This document shows positions 1 through 8,772 of a stretch of DNA of 39,624 nucleotides, piece by piece. Numbering within the stretch: the first letter of the stretch is position 1; each line of letters opens with the position of its first letter. Both the position numbers and the translations under genes were made by a program. Source of the DNA: a virus; IMG/VR virus record IMGVR_UViG_3300032883_000203. One strand, written 5' to 3'. The notes under the pieces are model-generated. The model had not been told where the DNA came from. It did no database searches and was given only the letters and a program-made list of their open reading frames with translations.

Positions 1-123
1 AACAGTTGATGCGCCGCTGTGCCGTGATGGCCCAGGACTCGGACTTGGTGCCTACGCCGAAAAGTTGGACGCGCACATTACCCCCGCGGGAAGCCGTCCA
101 TGTAGATGTTGTAGGTGGCATTG
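1..123. repeat. Terminal direct repeat identical to 39502-39624; signature of a circularly closed or terminally redundant assembly (unit length 39,501 bp)
   Basis: Base-by-base comparison of both window ends (aacagttgatgcgccgctg...gtaggtggcattg). Confidence 0.95.
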
Positions 124-809
124 CTGCGGCTCACTATGGACGGGTCGAACTCGGCCACCATCTCCTTGATGTTCGCCCTCTTGATGTTCCCCTTCGCCTC
201 TGCCGCGTTCTGCACAAGCCGCGCATAGGACTTCTCGTCCAGCAGCACGGGGAAGCCGGCGCTCTGCATGTCCAGCGCGAGATTGAGCACGTAGGCCCGC
301 TCATACCCGACCGGCAGGGACAGCGCCGTGGTGAGAACGGAATAGTCCACCTGGTCGGTAGTGGAGTTATAGAACACCGTGTAGCCGATCAACGGCACCG
401 GAAATACACTGATGACGCCCAGCGGGTACTGGCTCGAGTAGAACAGCATGTCCGGTATCTGGCTGGTGATGCCCTTTTCCCCGATGTCGTCCCACTCCTG
501 CTGCGTGATCACCCGCATGGGGTAATCGTTGGCGTTGCTGTCGCGCAGGAACGCGCTGATGATGTCGTATGGCCGAGTGGCGTTGATCATGCCGCCAGTC
601 CCGATGGTGTAGTTCTGCGTCCCTGCCACCAGCGGGAAGCTGCGCTGCAGGATCACGTAGGACATCAGCGACTCGTTCGACCATGAGTCCAGCAGCCGGT
701 TGAAACAGGACAGACCATCGGTAGCATCTGCCGCAGACATGACCTCTGTGCGCCCCAAATAACCCAGGGCACGTGCTGATGCTGTGATGATGTCTGCGGC
801 GGTTGTCAT
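78..809 (-). CDS. Head-to-tail adaptor / tail accessory protein (P22 gp4-like position), 243 aa
   Basis: ORF track. N-terminal DIITASARALGYLG...FNRLLDSWSNE resembles gp4-type adaptors. Its TAA is followed after 1 nt by the GTG of the gp10-like gene across the circular joint. Confidence 0.5.
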   Translation of the reverse strand: MTTAADIITASARALGYLGRTEVMSAADATDGLSCFNRLLDSWSNESLMSYVILQRSFPLVAGTQNYTIGTGGMINATRPYDIISAFLRDSNANDYPMRVITQQEWDDIGEKGITSQIPDMLFYSSQYPLGVISVFPVPLIGYTVFYNSTTDQVDYSVLTTALSLPVGYERAYVLNLALDMQSAGFPVLLDEKSYARLVQNAAEAKGNIKRANIKEMVAEFDPSIVSRSNATYNIYMDGFPRG

Positions 810-3008
810 TTAGGCTGCCTCCGGGGGTTTCTGTGCCTGTGTGAGATGCGTATGGAAGTTACCCTGCCATCCCTTGATGCCGTAGTGGCCGAACGCGATG
901 TTCGGATAGATCCACGACTCGACCCCGATCTCCTGCATCCTGAGGCCGAATACACGGTCTTCGCCCCAGCGCAGTGATGTGCCGTCCGGGCTCACCTTGC
1001 GCTCGCAGACGAAGAACTCGGTGTACAGGCGCTCTGGATAGCTCGGGTCTGCACCCATGTCGTGGTACACATAGTCTTTGTAGTGGTCCTTGTACTTCTG
1101 CAGGGCAGCACGCTTGATGCGCAGGAAGCCGCCTGCCAGATACTGGGCTTTAAGGAGCGCAGAACCGTCCGGCAGGATGCGACCGACGGGATGGAACGTG
1201 CCTTCCTTGTCTGCCGATGGTTCGAGATGTGGGCGTGCCGTGAATGTCTCCCACATGTTCTTCTGTGGGTACGAGCCCTGCACGATCTCCTCGGGCTGCA
1301 TCAGCATCTGGATGAAGCCGTTCGGATCCCATTGCATATCCGAATCGATCATAAAGATGTCAGTCGCGAACGGGTCTTCGAGGAACTTGTTGAATAGCGT
1401 GTTCTTCGCCCTGTCCACGTAGGAATCCCCTGACAGTTCCCAGAACTCGTGCTCGATGCCGTTACGGGTCAGTATCTGGATGGTCTGCACCAGGCTCGCT
1501 ATGTAGGGACTGAAGCCGCGCATCTCGTAGAACGGCGTGGCGATGATGACCTTCATCCTCGGCTGGTAGTACGGCAGCTTCGCATCGTAATAACGCTGTT
1601 TCAGCTTCCTGCCCTCTGCCTGGTCAAGTATCGACTTGTTGCCATCGTGGATGCGGGTGTGCGTCAGTGACTCTTCTATGACATGGATGTTTTCGCGCTG
1701 CAGGAGCCGCAAATACATCTCGAAGTCGGTCAGAACACCGTGTTCTGCGTTCCAGCCGCCGAGGTCGAGCAGCACCTTGCGGCGGTACATTCCGACCCCG
1801 AAGTACTGGTTGCCGTAGTACATTTGCCGAAGCCACTCTTCCCTGGGCTTGTTCGCTGCCTTCTGGATGTGCTTGAACGTGTGGTCAGCGGCGTACGGGT
1901 TGCCGTCCTTGTCTATGAAGTCCGTCTGTGTCGCCACGAACTCAAGCCAGGGATCGCGCACGAACTCGTTCACCATGCGCTCAATGGTGCTGGGATCTAT
2001 CAGGTCATCGGCGGCAAGGGACACGAACCATTCACCCGTCGCCATGGCCGCCATCTGGTTGATGGCCGCTACAGTTCCCCGGTTTTCGTCGAACTGGAGG
2101 AACCGGATACGGTTGTCGGAGAAGTTCTGTATGACCTTGACCGATTCATCCGTGCTCGCGTCATCCAGAACCAGCACCTCAATATCCTGGTATGTCTGAT
2201 TAAGTGCCGACTCAATCGCATTGGCAACGTACCCGGCCATGTTGAAGTTCGGGATCCCTATGCTGACCTTCCCTGTCGTGGGCGGGAACGGGATCGGATG
2301 TCTCTCCCGCACAAGCGCCATGTCGGCCGCAAAGCGCTCCGCCTGGCCCTCGTGTGGCGCTGTAAGCCTCGTGTCGGGTTGGTCAGCATCTGCAAAGCGG
2401 TACGGCAGGATGCGGCCTTCGTACTTCTCGAAGAAGCGCACGAACCATTCGAGATCGGACGGACCGAACAGTGCGGGGTCGAACCCGCCGATGTCGGCAT
2501 AGCACTCGCGCCGCATCAGCATGGACGCCCCACCGATGGGGATGTTCTCCAGGCGCACGAGCGTGCGAATCCACGCCTCACGCGTCCTGTTGTGCGCTCT
2601 CAGGGCGAACTGTTCCCACGTGGGGCGCTCGCCCATGCCCATCTCGGACTTGCCCGGCAGGCCCCACACACAGCCGATATTGGCGTGCGAGTCCAGATAT
2701 TCGACCTGCACGGCCAGTTTGTCGGGCGATATCCACTCGTCAGCAGACAGCGGCTGGAGATAGTCTCCAGAACTGTGCGCCATCGCGTAGTTCAGCCCGT
2801 GAGGGATTCCTTGATTTACATCAAAACGGTGGACAAGGATTCGTGCGTCGTTGAACTCGTTCACCACCGCGGCAATGTCCTCGGTGGACCCGTCGTCGAC
2901 AATGAACAGGTCCCAGTCGGTGAACGTCTGGGCACGCACGGACTCGATCATCCTCTTGAGATAGCCGGACTGATTGAGCACCGAGGTGCAGATGCTGACC
3001 CGGCTCAC
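810..3008 (-). CDS. Three-domain glycosyltransferase (two GT2-type GT-A domains plus a third GT-A-like domain), 732 aa
   Basis: Domain 1: SICTSVLNQSGYL...FIVDDGSTED. Domain 2: SIGIPNFNMAGYV...LVLDDASTDES...LAADD. Domain 3: KVIIATPFYE...IDSDMQW...GEDRVF. Confidence 0.8.
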   Translation of the reverse strand: MSRVSICTSVLNQSGYLKRMIESVRAQTFTDWDLFIVDDGSTEDIAAVVNEFNDARILVHRFDVNQGIPHGLNYAMAHSSGDYLQPLSADEWISPDKLAVQVEYLDSHANIGCVWGLPGKSEMGMGERPTWEQFALRAHNRTREAWIRTLVRLENIPIGGASMLMRRECYADIGGFDPALFGPSDLEWFVRFFEKYEGRILPYRFADADQPDTRLTAPHEGQAERFAADMALVRERHPIPFPPTTGKVSIGIPNFNMAGYVANAIESALNQTYQDIEVLVLDDASTDESVKVIQNFSDNRIRFLQFDENRGTVAAINQMAAMATGEWFVSLAADDLIDPSTIERMVNEFVRDPWLEFVATQTDFIDKDGNPYAADHTFKHIQKAANKPREEWLRQMYYGNQYFGVGMYRRKVLLDLGGWNAEHGVLTDFEMYLRLLQRENIHVIEESLTHTRIHDGNKSILDQAEGRKLKQRYYDAKLPYYQPRMKVIIATPFYEMRGFSPYIASLVQTIQILTRNGIEHEFWELSGDSYVDRAKNTLFNKFLEDPFATDIFMIDSDMQWDPNGFIQMLMQPEEIVQGSYPQKNMWETFTARPHLEPSADKEGTFHPVGRILPDGSALLKAQYLAGGFLRIKRAALQKYKDHYKDYVYHDMGADPSYPERLYTEFFVCERKVSPDGTSLRWGEDRVFGLRMQEIGVESWIYPNIAFGHYGIKGWQGNFHTHLTQAQKPPEAA

Positions 3009-3739
3009 TGGAAAGGCCCCTTGTGACCCACGAACAGACTACCCTCACGATTCGCCATCGGCATCTCCTCGAAGTTGACTACACGCTTCCAGTCGTTCTT
3101 CTGTGACCACATCGGCACGCCAATCTTGTTGAAGTGGTCATAGATCTCGTGTGCATTGGTCCCGTTGCGGACCTCGAGCACGCAGTCCATGTGAGCACAG
3201 TCATCAGCCGTCATGGTCTTGCACAGTTCAGCCTCGTTGCCTTCGCTGTCGATCTTGGCGAAGTCAGTGCCGGGCCAGAGATCCTTGCAGTCCACTACCT
3301 TGACCACAGTTTTCTCGGTTGGTCCATAGCTGTGCTTGAACCCTTCCAGATGATTGCCGGTCAGGTTGTTAAGCACCCGAACGAAGCTCGCATTCCCGTT
3401 CTCGGTGGATACCGCATAGTTGAATGGTCTAACCCTGTTGGCACTGTTGGCCGCTAGGTTCTCAAGCAGTTTCGGAAAGTGCTCCGGGTCGGGCTCGTAG
3501 CACCTGACATCCCAGCCCATCCTGGCCATGCAGATGGAGTGCAAACCAAGGTTCGCGCCGATGTCCAGCACGTGTTTCCAGCGGTGCTTGTTCTGTGCGT
3601 ACATGGCAAAGATCATCAGCTCGGTATCGCCGAACAGGTGAAGACTGTCGATGTTCCCCATCTTGACGTAAGGGAACTTGATGGGTCCGAATGGCCCGAA
3701 ACAGTCTGTAAGCACCTGCTGCGCACGGGCGCGGCTCAC
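3005..3739 (-). CDS. FkbM-family SAM-dependent methyltransferase, 244 aa
   Basis: LDIGANLGLHSICMARMGWDVRCYEPDPEHF motif block. 4-nt overlap with the downstream glycosyltransferase gene. Confidence 0.7.
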   Translation of the reverse strand: MSRARAQQVLTDCFGPFGPIKFPYVKMGNIDSLHLFGDTELMIFAMYAQNKHRWKHVLDIGANLGLHSICMARMGWDVRCYEPDPEHFPKLLENLAANSANRVRPFNYAVSTENGNASFVRVLNNLTGNHLEGFKHSYGPTEKTVVKVVDCKDLWPGTDFAKIDSEGNEAELCKTMTADDCAHMDCVLEVRNGTNAHEIYDHFNKIGVPMWSQKNDWKRVVNFEEMPMANREGSLFVGHKGPFQ

Positions 3740-4053
3740 TCAATCCCCGCCATTTGTCGGTCTTCCTTGTAGGTTCCAGCCTGCACGTTGTCTCCTTCGA
3801 TGGTTGCGATGATGGATTTTTCCCGCAGCACCACCAACATTTCCCCGTTCACTGTCGTGATCTGGTGTCCGTTGGTGGAGAACAGGATCTTGTCTCCGGC
3901 CTTGACCGAGGTTGCCTTCGGACCTGACGCAACAACCGTCCCGATGTCCTCGCGGTAATCCTCAGACCATGCCAGGAGAATACCGCCAGCCGAAACCTCT
4001 GCAGGCTCCGACCGGCGGATGACGACCACATCTCCAAGAGGGGAGATGTTCAT
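3736..4053 (-). CDS. GroES/Cpn10-like co-chaperonin, 105 aa
   Basis: ISPLGDVVVIRR...AGGILL...IGTVVASGP...VKAGDKILF...GEMLVVLREKSIIATIE follows the GroES consensus (PLgDRVlV...GGI...G.VvAvG...vkvGD.Vlf...DIlA). Confidence 0.75.
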   Translation of the reverse strand: MNISPLGDVVVIRRSEPAEVSAGGILLAWSEDYREDIGTVVASGPKATSVKAGDKILFSTNGHQITTVNGEMLVVLREKSIIATIEGDNVQAGTYKEDRQMAGIE

Positions 4054-4301
4054 GCGGCAACCGTGGAGCAGGCAATCAGCCCCAGGTTGTTGAGCGCGAT
4101 GGCGATGGAACTTGCCAGAGCACCCGAGCTTTGCGACAGAGATGCGAAGCTCGAACCAGAACCGAGCAACACGGTGCCGACCTTGGATACTGCCGTGGTC
4201 ACACCATAGAACCCGATCAGGTCCGAGGGGCCGGTTCCCAGCAGGGTTCCGACCGCGTTACCGTCACTGAGCTGACGGAAGGCTGTTGAGGTAATAGGCA
4301 T
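4050..4301 (-). CDS. Small hypothetical protein following the coat gene, 83 aa (possible capsid accessory protein)
   Basis: ORF tightly packed between the coat and GroES-like genes (overlapping stop/start); Gly/Ser/Ala-rich. Confidence 0.5.
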   Translation of the reverse strand: MPITSTAFRQLSDGNAVGTLLGTGPSDLIGFYGVTTAVSKVGTVLLGSGSSFASLSQSSGALASSIAIALNNLGLIACSTVAA

Positions 4302-4303
4302 GA

Positions 4304-5500
4304 TTACGCACCTCCCAGACGGGTAGCGAGTTCATCGTAGTACACGGTCGACCCATACAGAATGTCGATCCGCGTCGGGAACACGTCGTTGTTGATGTCG
4401 TATGCCCGGATGACGCGCATGCTGATGTTACGGTAGGTCTCGCGGGCAGCGAAGTCCACCCCTTGCGGGATCTCCATCGGCACCATCACCAGACCGAATG
4501 CATCACGGGTGAACGCGATGTTCTGCGGAGAACCGATTTGCGTGTTGGTCGTGCCAGTCAGCCAGGTAACGGTCGTTGCAACCGCCATGGCGCCCGTAAC
4601 GTTCTGGTAAGGGCCAGAAGTAACGATTGCCGGGCTGAACGTGAGGATGGTGGTCGATGCAGCGGCACTCGTGGCCGTCAGCGTGAAGTTCTTCAGCACG
4701 CCGGTCGACTGGCGGGACTGCGGATTCACGTTGAACACGCCGTTGACCGTGAACACTTCACCGATGGCGTAGGTATCCGCAGGCGTTCCACCGAATACGC
4801 TGGTGGTGTTGCCGTTACCCTGGGCCGTGGTGATGACCGCGGTCAGCGAGGTATTGTGCTGCGCACCAGCCAGAGCCTGGATGTTCTGGTCCATGTAGAC
4901 CTCGTAATTACCGATGGTCGCAAGGTAGCCTTTGACCAAGGCATCCTTTGCGGTCGGCATCACGAACAGACCCGTTTGACCACCGGCCAGGCCCCAGTAC
5001 CCGTTCGGGTTCAAAACCAGCGTCCGGTTGTCTTGAGGTGCCGAGTTGTCATCCATGCGGCGCCCGGTCAACTGCACCGAGCTGGAAAACGCCACAGGGT
5101 TGACCGTGGGCGTGCCCACGTAGTTGCTGATGCCCGTGACGTTGGTGAGTACGTCAAAGTCCACTTGGTTCGCCAGAGAGGCCATGGAAGGCTTCAGGTA
5201 GCGCTCGGAGAACTCCTCGACCGTCAGCGTCAGGTCTTGGGACGTGAACTGGAAGTCGACGTGCTTCTGTTGGTTGACTGTGATGGTGACCGACGGTTCT
5301 GCAATGTTCTGGACTTGCAGGCCCGCGCCCGACGCAACCGTGAACTTGTTCGGCTTCCTGATCGTGAGAGCGTTACCGATCTTCACGAACTGGTTCTCGA
5401 ACTTGCGGTTGATGCGGTTGGCGGCCACCAGGTTGTTCTCCAGGATCACCAATGATTCCTTGGTGATGATCGTAGGAGTAAGCAGTACCTGGGTAGACAT
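4304..5500 (-). CDS. Major capsid (coat) protein, 398 aa, resembling the family annotated P22-coat-like
   Basis: N-terminus LTPTIITKESLVILENNLVAANRINRKFENQF..GNALTIRKPNKF. AAGGAG 7 nt upstream of the ATG. Position after the scaffold gene. Confidence 0.8.
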   Translation of the reverse strand: MSTQVLLTPTIITKESLVILENNLVAANRINRKFENQFVKIGNALTIRKPNKFTVASGAGLQVQNIAEPSVTITVNQQKHVDFQFTSQDLTLTVEEFSERYLKPSMASLANQVDFDVLTNVTGISNYVGTPTVNPVAFSSSVQLTGRRMDDNSAPQDNRTLVLNPNGYWGLAGGQTGLFVMPTAKDALVKGYLATIGNYEVYMDQNIQALAGAQHNTSLTAVITTAQGNGNTTSVFGGTPADTYAIGEVFTVNGVFNVNPQSRQSTGVLKNFTLTATSAAASTTILTFSPAIVTSGPYQNVTGAMAVATTVTWLTGTTNTQIGSPQNIAFTRDAFGLVMVPMEIPQGVDFAARETYRNISMRVIRAYDINNDVFPTRIDILYGSTVYYDELATRLGGA

Positions 5501-5515
5501 GGTAGGGCTCCTTCG

Positions 5516-6556
5516 TTAGTGCCTGGCACCTCGTCCCCAATCGGCCTTGCGCTTGGCTGCGTACTCTTCCATGGACATGTCCTCGAGGGACTTGCTCACG
5601 GTGTCGCTGCCTGCTGCGATGGGCTTGATGGGTCGCGGTGCGGCGGATACAGGGGGTTTGGTTGCTGCAGGTGGAGTTTGATTCGCCAGCTTGTCGCCAA
5701 TTTTTCGCAATGCATAAACCTGCTCAAGTATGTTCGGAACAATTTCCATTTGACGTGTATTCGGGTTGAACAACGTCAATGTCATGTTCGAAATTCGAGC
5801 CGCTTCTTCAGGATGACTCCCAAGGTAATGCTGAATATCAACACCGTGTTCGTTCTGCTTGATCTCTTCTGCCATGGGCCTTGAAACAGTAACGTCGGGC
5901 CTTCTCGCGACTTCATCGAAATCGGGATACCTTTCCACGGCTTTACTGACTCTCAACGCATAGGCTTCATCAATCGTACGTTGTTGTTCTTCAATTACCC
6001 TTGCTTGTGCTTCCCGCATTGCTTCAAAACGAGCTTTCTCGATTTCCCTTCGGGCTGTCCATGCGGCCTTGGCCTCGGTGTGAAAGTCCATGGCAGCGTC
6101 ATAGGCATCCGGATCGGAAAAATCGTGGCGCGATGGCCTGACGGGCTCCGAATCGTCGCGCTGTGGTGCCGGCGCCGGCGGTTCCTCGGGATTACCCGAA
6201 GCCCTTTCCAGTGCGGCCAACGCTTTGGCAAGTTGTTCGCTTGCCTGTCGCTCTCGTTCCCGTCCTTCTCGTTCCTCTCTTAACTGCTGACGCAACTCCG
6301 CGAGTGCTTTTCCAACACCACGGGGCTTTTCTTCTCCCGCCTGTTGTCCGGATTCCTCTTCCGTCGCAGGGGTCGCCGATTCCCCCGGTTGTTCCGCCTG
6401 AGCTTCAGGTTCTGCTTCAACCTTGGCAGGCTCGGCCGCTACAGAGTCTGGCTTTGTCTCTACCACCGGCATGTCATTGGTGGAAGACAATGGCGGACTC
6501 TGCTGGTCCAGCAGGTCAAGGACGGCAGGTTGCTCGACTACTAGTGCATCAGACAT
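5516..6556 (-). CDS. Scaffolding protein, 346 aa
   Basis: Acidic, Ala/Glu/Pro/Arg-rich and apparently helical; sits immediately upstream of the coat gene. Confidence 0.6.
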   Translation of the reverse strand: MSDALVVEQPAVLDLLDQQSPPLSSTNDMPVVETKPDSVAAEPAKVEAEPEAQAEQPGESATPATEEESGQQAGEEKPRGVGKALAELRQQLREEREGRERERQASEQLAKALAALERASGNPEEPPAPAPQRDDSEPVRPSRHDFSDPDAYDAAMDFHTEAKAAWTARREIEKARFEAMREAQARVIEEQQRTIDEAYALRVSKAVERYPDFDEVARRPDVTVSRPMAEEIKQNEHGVDIQHYLGSHPEEAARISNMTLTLFNPNTRQMEIVPNILEQVYALRKIGDKLANQTPPAATKPPVSAAPRPIKPIAAGSDTVSKSLEDMSMEEYAAKRKADWGRGARH

Positions 6557-8289
6557 GTGGGCGATCCCTTCCTATGGTGAAAAAAAAACTGTGCCATCTC
6601 CATGATGACCTCTTCGTCATCCTCTTCCTCGATGTGCTCGACCAGCGCGTTGATGCGCTCGGTCAGTGCGTCAGCACGGGCGATGTATGCATCAGCCGTT
6701 GCCGGGGTCGGGACTTCCTCGATGAAGGTATCGACCTCTTTCACCACCTTGGCAATTCGCTTGGCCTCGGCCTTCGGGAGAATGCCCATCTCGATGCGCA
6801 GCTGCTTCATGCGCTCGAGTTCCTCGGCCTTGTCCTTCAGGTCGCGATACCACCAGGGGCGGCGGGTGCCATCGAAGCCTTCGTAGCCCCACCATGCGGG
6901 CGCACCGCCGGACGGGGCTGGTGGAGCAATGGGCGTGGCGCCGCTAAGACCGGATGCTGCCGCCTGGAGCGCCTTGAGGGAGTCGACGCTGTAGCCGCGA
7001 GCACCGACAGCGCCGAACGCCTGTGTCTGGAGAGCCCGCAGCGTGTCGACGGCACCGGTCACGGAACCGGAACGACCCGTTGCCGTGTCCGTCAGGGGGC
7101 GCAGCGTGCCGGCAGCGCCGCCTACCACGAGATTGCTGCTGACCGTGCCGCCGGCATTGGTCAGCAAGGCGCGCAACGTGTCCTTGGCGCCCGTAATCGC
7201 GCCGGCAAGGCCCGTCGCCGCTTCGTTGAATGCGCGCAGGGTATCGGTCGTTCCGGCGGAGTAACTGACCGTGCCGCCGGACAGGTTCGTGAGGTGCTTG
7301 AGCGTATCCGTGCCCCAACCGATATCGCTCAACTGCCCGGAAGCGGTCGCAGTAATGGGCTTCAACGTATCCCTGCCGCTGCCGATGTCTGCAATGGCGC
7401 CAGTCGCGCTCGCGGTCAACGGCTTGAGCGTGTCCTTTGCCCCCGTCAGCGCACCGCTGGCACCGGTTGCAGTCTCGGTCAGCGCCCGCAGGGTGTCGGT
7501 CGTGCCGGCTAGAGCACCTGCAAGACCGGTCGCCAGTTCGGTGAGCGGCTTGAATGTATCGGCGCCGCCGCCGGTCGCATTTGTGACGCCACTGGGAGCA
7601 TTTACGTAGATTTGTGGTTTCCTGGGCGGAAACAACGACCACGGGTTCTGATGCAGCTGAAAAATCTCCGAATCCGTGAGGACGCGGTAGAACACATAGA
7701 CAAGGGCAACGCCACCCGTTAAGAACGTGGCGCCACGCTTGCCAATGAACAGGTTCTGGCTGCTCGTTATGCTTCCAGTAGCGCCGGTGGCATCGGTCGC
7801 TTTCCTGCCATCGGCGAAGAATGACAAGGTGGGACCTGTGAATCTGCCGGTAAAGTGATGGAATTGGCCATCGTTGAATCCGGTGATCGTGCCAGTCGGC
7901 AAGATGGACCCACTCGACTGTGAACGAGCCCCCATTGCTCCAGGCGTAGCGCCGAGTCCACAAGCGAGTTCGAATCCGGCTGTGCCGGTACTTGACCGAC
8001 TGGAGATAAAGAACGAATCCGCCTGCGAGCTTTGTGCTATGACCCCGAATGTAACCGTGGAAGTGACAAGCGCTGCTCCGAGGTCTGTCGACTGCGAGGA
8101 ACTCGCCGTATAACTGCCGGCAATGACCTGTCCTACGACAGAAGTGCCGAAGCCGTTCTGATATCTGGGCGGGAATGTCGTCGAGTTGACGGGCGTCCAG
8201 AGCAGCGTAGGCGCTCCGAAAGGCCCGTTGTATATCTGCCCTGATATGCCGAGCGGCTGTACATCTCTTTTGCCAGGCAGGAGGATCAT
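6541..8289 (-). CDS. LamG/concanavalin-like lectin-domain protein with ten 21-aa repeats and a helical acidic C-terminus, 582 aa
   Basis: N-terminal GQFHHFTGRF...LSFFADG...NLFIGKRG...VYVFYRVLTDSEIFQLHQNPW (Laminin_G_3-like). Repeats have the form DTL[KR]xLTxxAxGxxGxxxG. C-terminus WWGYEGFDG...KAEELERMKQLRIE...EEEDDEE. Confidence 0.65.
   Translation of the reverse strand: MILLPGKRDVQPLGISGQIYNGPFGAPTLLWTPVNSTTFPPRYQNGFGTSVVGQVIAGSYTASSSQSTDLGAALVTSTVTFGVIAQSSQADSFFISSRSSTGTAGFELACGLGATPGAMGARSQSSGSILPTGTITGFNDGQFHHFTGRFTGPTLSFFADGRKATDATGATGSITSSQNLFIGKRGATFLTGGVALVYVFYRVLTDSEIFQLHQNPWSLFPPRKPQIYVNAPSGVTNATGGGADTFKPLTELATGLAGALAGTTDTLRALTETATGASGALTGAKDTLKPLTASATGAIADIGSGRDTLKPITATASGQLSDIGWGTDTLKHLTNLSGGTVSYSAGTTDTLRAFNEAATGLAGAITGAKDTLRALLTNAGGTVSSNLVVGGAAGTLRPLTDTATGRSGSVTGAVDTLRALQTQAFGAVGARGYSVDSLKALQAAASGLSGATPIAPPAPSGGAPAWWGYEGFDGTRRPWWYRDLKDKAEELERMKQLRIEMGILPKAEAKRIAKVVKEVDTFIEEVPTPATADAYIARADALTERINALVEHIEEEDDEEVIMEMAQFFFHHRKGSPTCLMH
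6940..7572 (-). repeat. About 10 tandem coding repeats of about 63 bp (21 aa) inside the LamG-like gene
   Basis: Units such as TTDTLRALTETATGASGALTG, AKDTLKPLTASATGAIADIGS and GRDTLKPITATASGQLSDIGW, read from the translation. Confidence 0.8.
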
Positions 8290-8292
8290 TGC

Positions 8293-8772
8293 TTACGCCA
8301 CCGTATACGTCACGCCCGTATAGACGGCGGTGAAGTTGGCTGCGGTGGAATTGAGCGCGAATCCACTTCGATTGCTGATGACGAAACCCCAGGCCGCGGG
8401 CATGAACCCGAGCGCCTGTGCAACGGATACCTCGTCCCGGTATATGGTGGTCGCTGCAGGGGTGTTGATGATGTGCGCCTGCACGAGGTTGGTGGGTGAA
8501 TCGAGCGTGATGCCAATGTCCGTGCTGACGTTCTCCGTGCGACTGCCATTCCACATGATCCCGTCGAGGGACTCGTACAGGTAAATCTGGCACGCCTTCA
8601 GGTCCACGGGCGCGTTGGTGCTCGTCTGCACCTCGATGTGCAGGATGGCATCGTCGTATCGCGTGGTCGTGTTGTAGACCGGCGTGCTGCCACGGGCGCT
8701 GCTCGCTGCCAGCGTGGACATGGTGCAGGTGATGGCGCTGGTTACTGCATATTGGGGTTGTATGGTCGCCAT
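8293..8772 (-). CDS. Hypothetical protein (putative virion-associated), 159 aa
   Basis: ORF in tight operon packing (ATG directly follows the upstream stop); beta-rich, Thr/Ser/Ala-rich. Confidence 0.5.
   Translation of the reverse strand: MATIQPQYAVTSAITCTMSTLAASSARGSTPVYNTTTRYDDAILHIEVQTSTNAPVDLKACQIYLYESLDGIMWNGSRTENVSTDIGITLDSPTNLVQAHIINTPAATTIYRDEVSVAQALGFMPAAWGFVISNRSGFALNSTAANFTAVYTGVTYTVA

Noticed and set aside
1683-3026. 447-aa plus-strand ORF antisense to the glycosyltransferase gene. Similar long antisense ORFs occur at 4463-5455, 6163-7512, 9216-10139, 9581-10447, 13018-13962, 28715-29497 and 37483-38181.
   Set aside because: These are shadow ORFs typical of GC-rich coding DNA. 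Their composition is Arg/His/Gly/Val-rich and low-complexity, they have no RBS context, and each lies entirely opposite a well-supported, motif-bearing gene.
6584-6592. A9/T9 homopolymer at the overlap of the LamG-protein 3' end and the scaffold start; considered as a slippery site that might fuse the two proteins
   Set aside because: Both alternative frames hit stop codons within a few codons (…FFSP* and …FFFTIGRDRPHV*). No fusion to the scaffold is possible. At most the last 12 or so residues would change.
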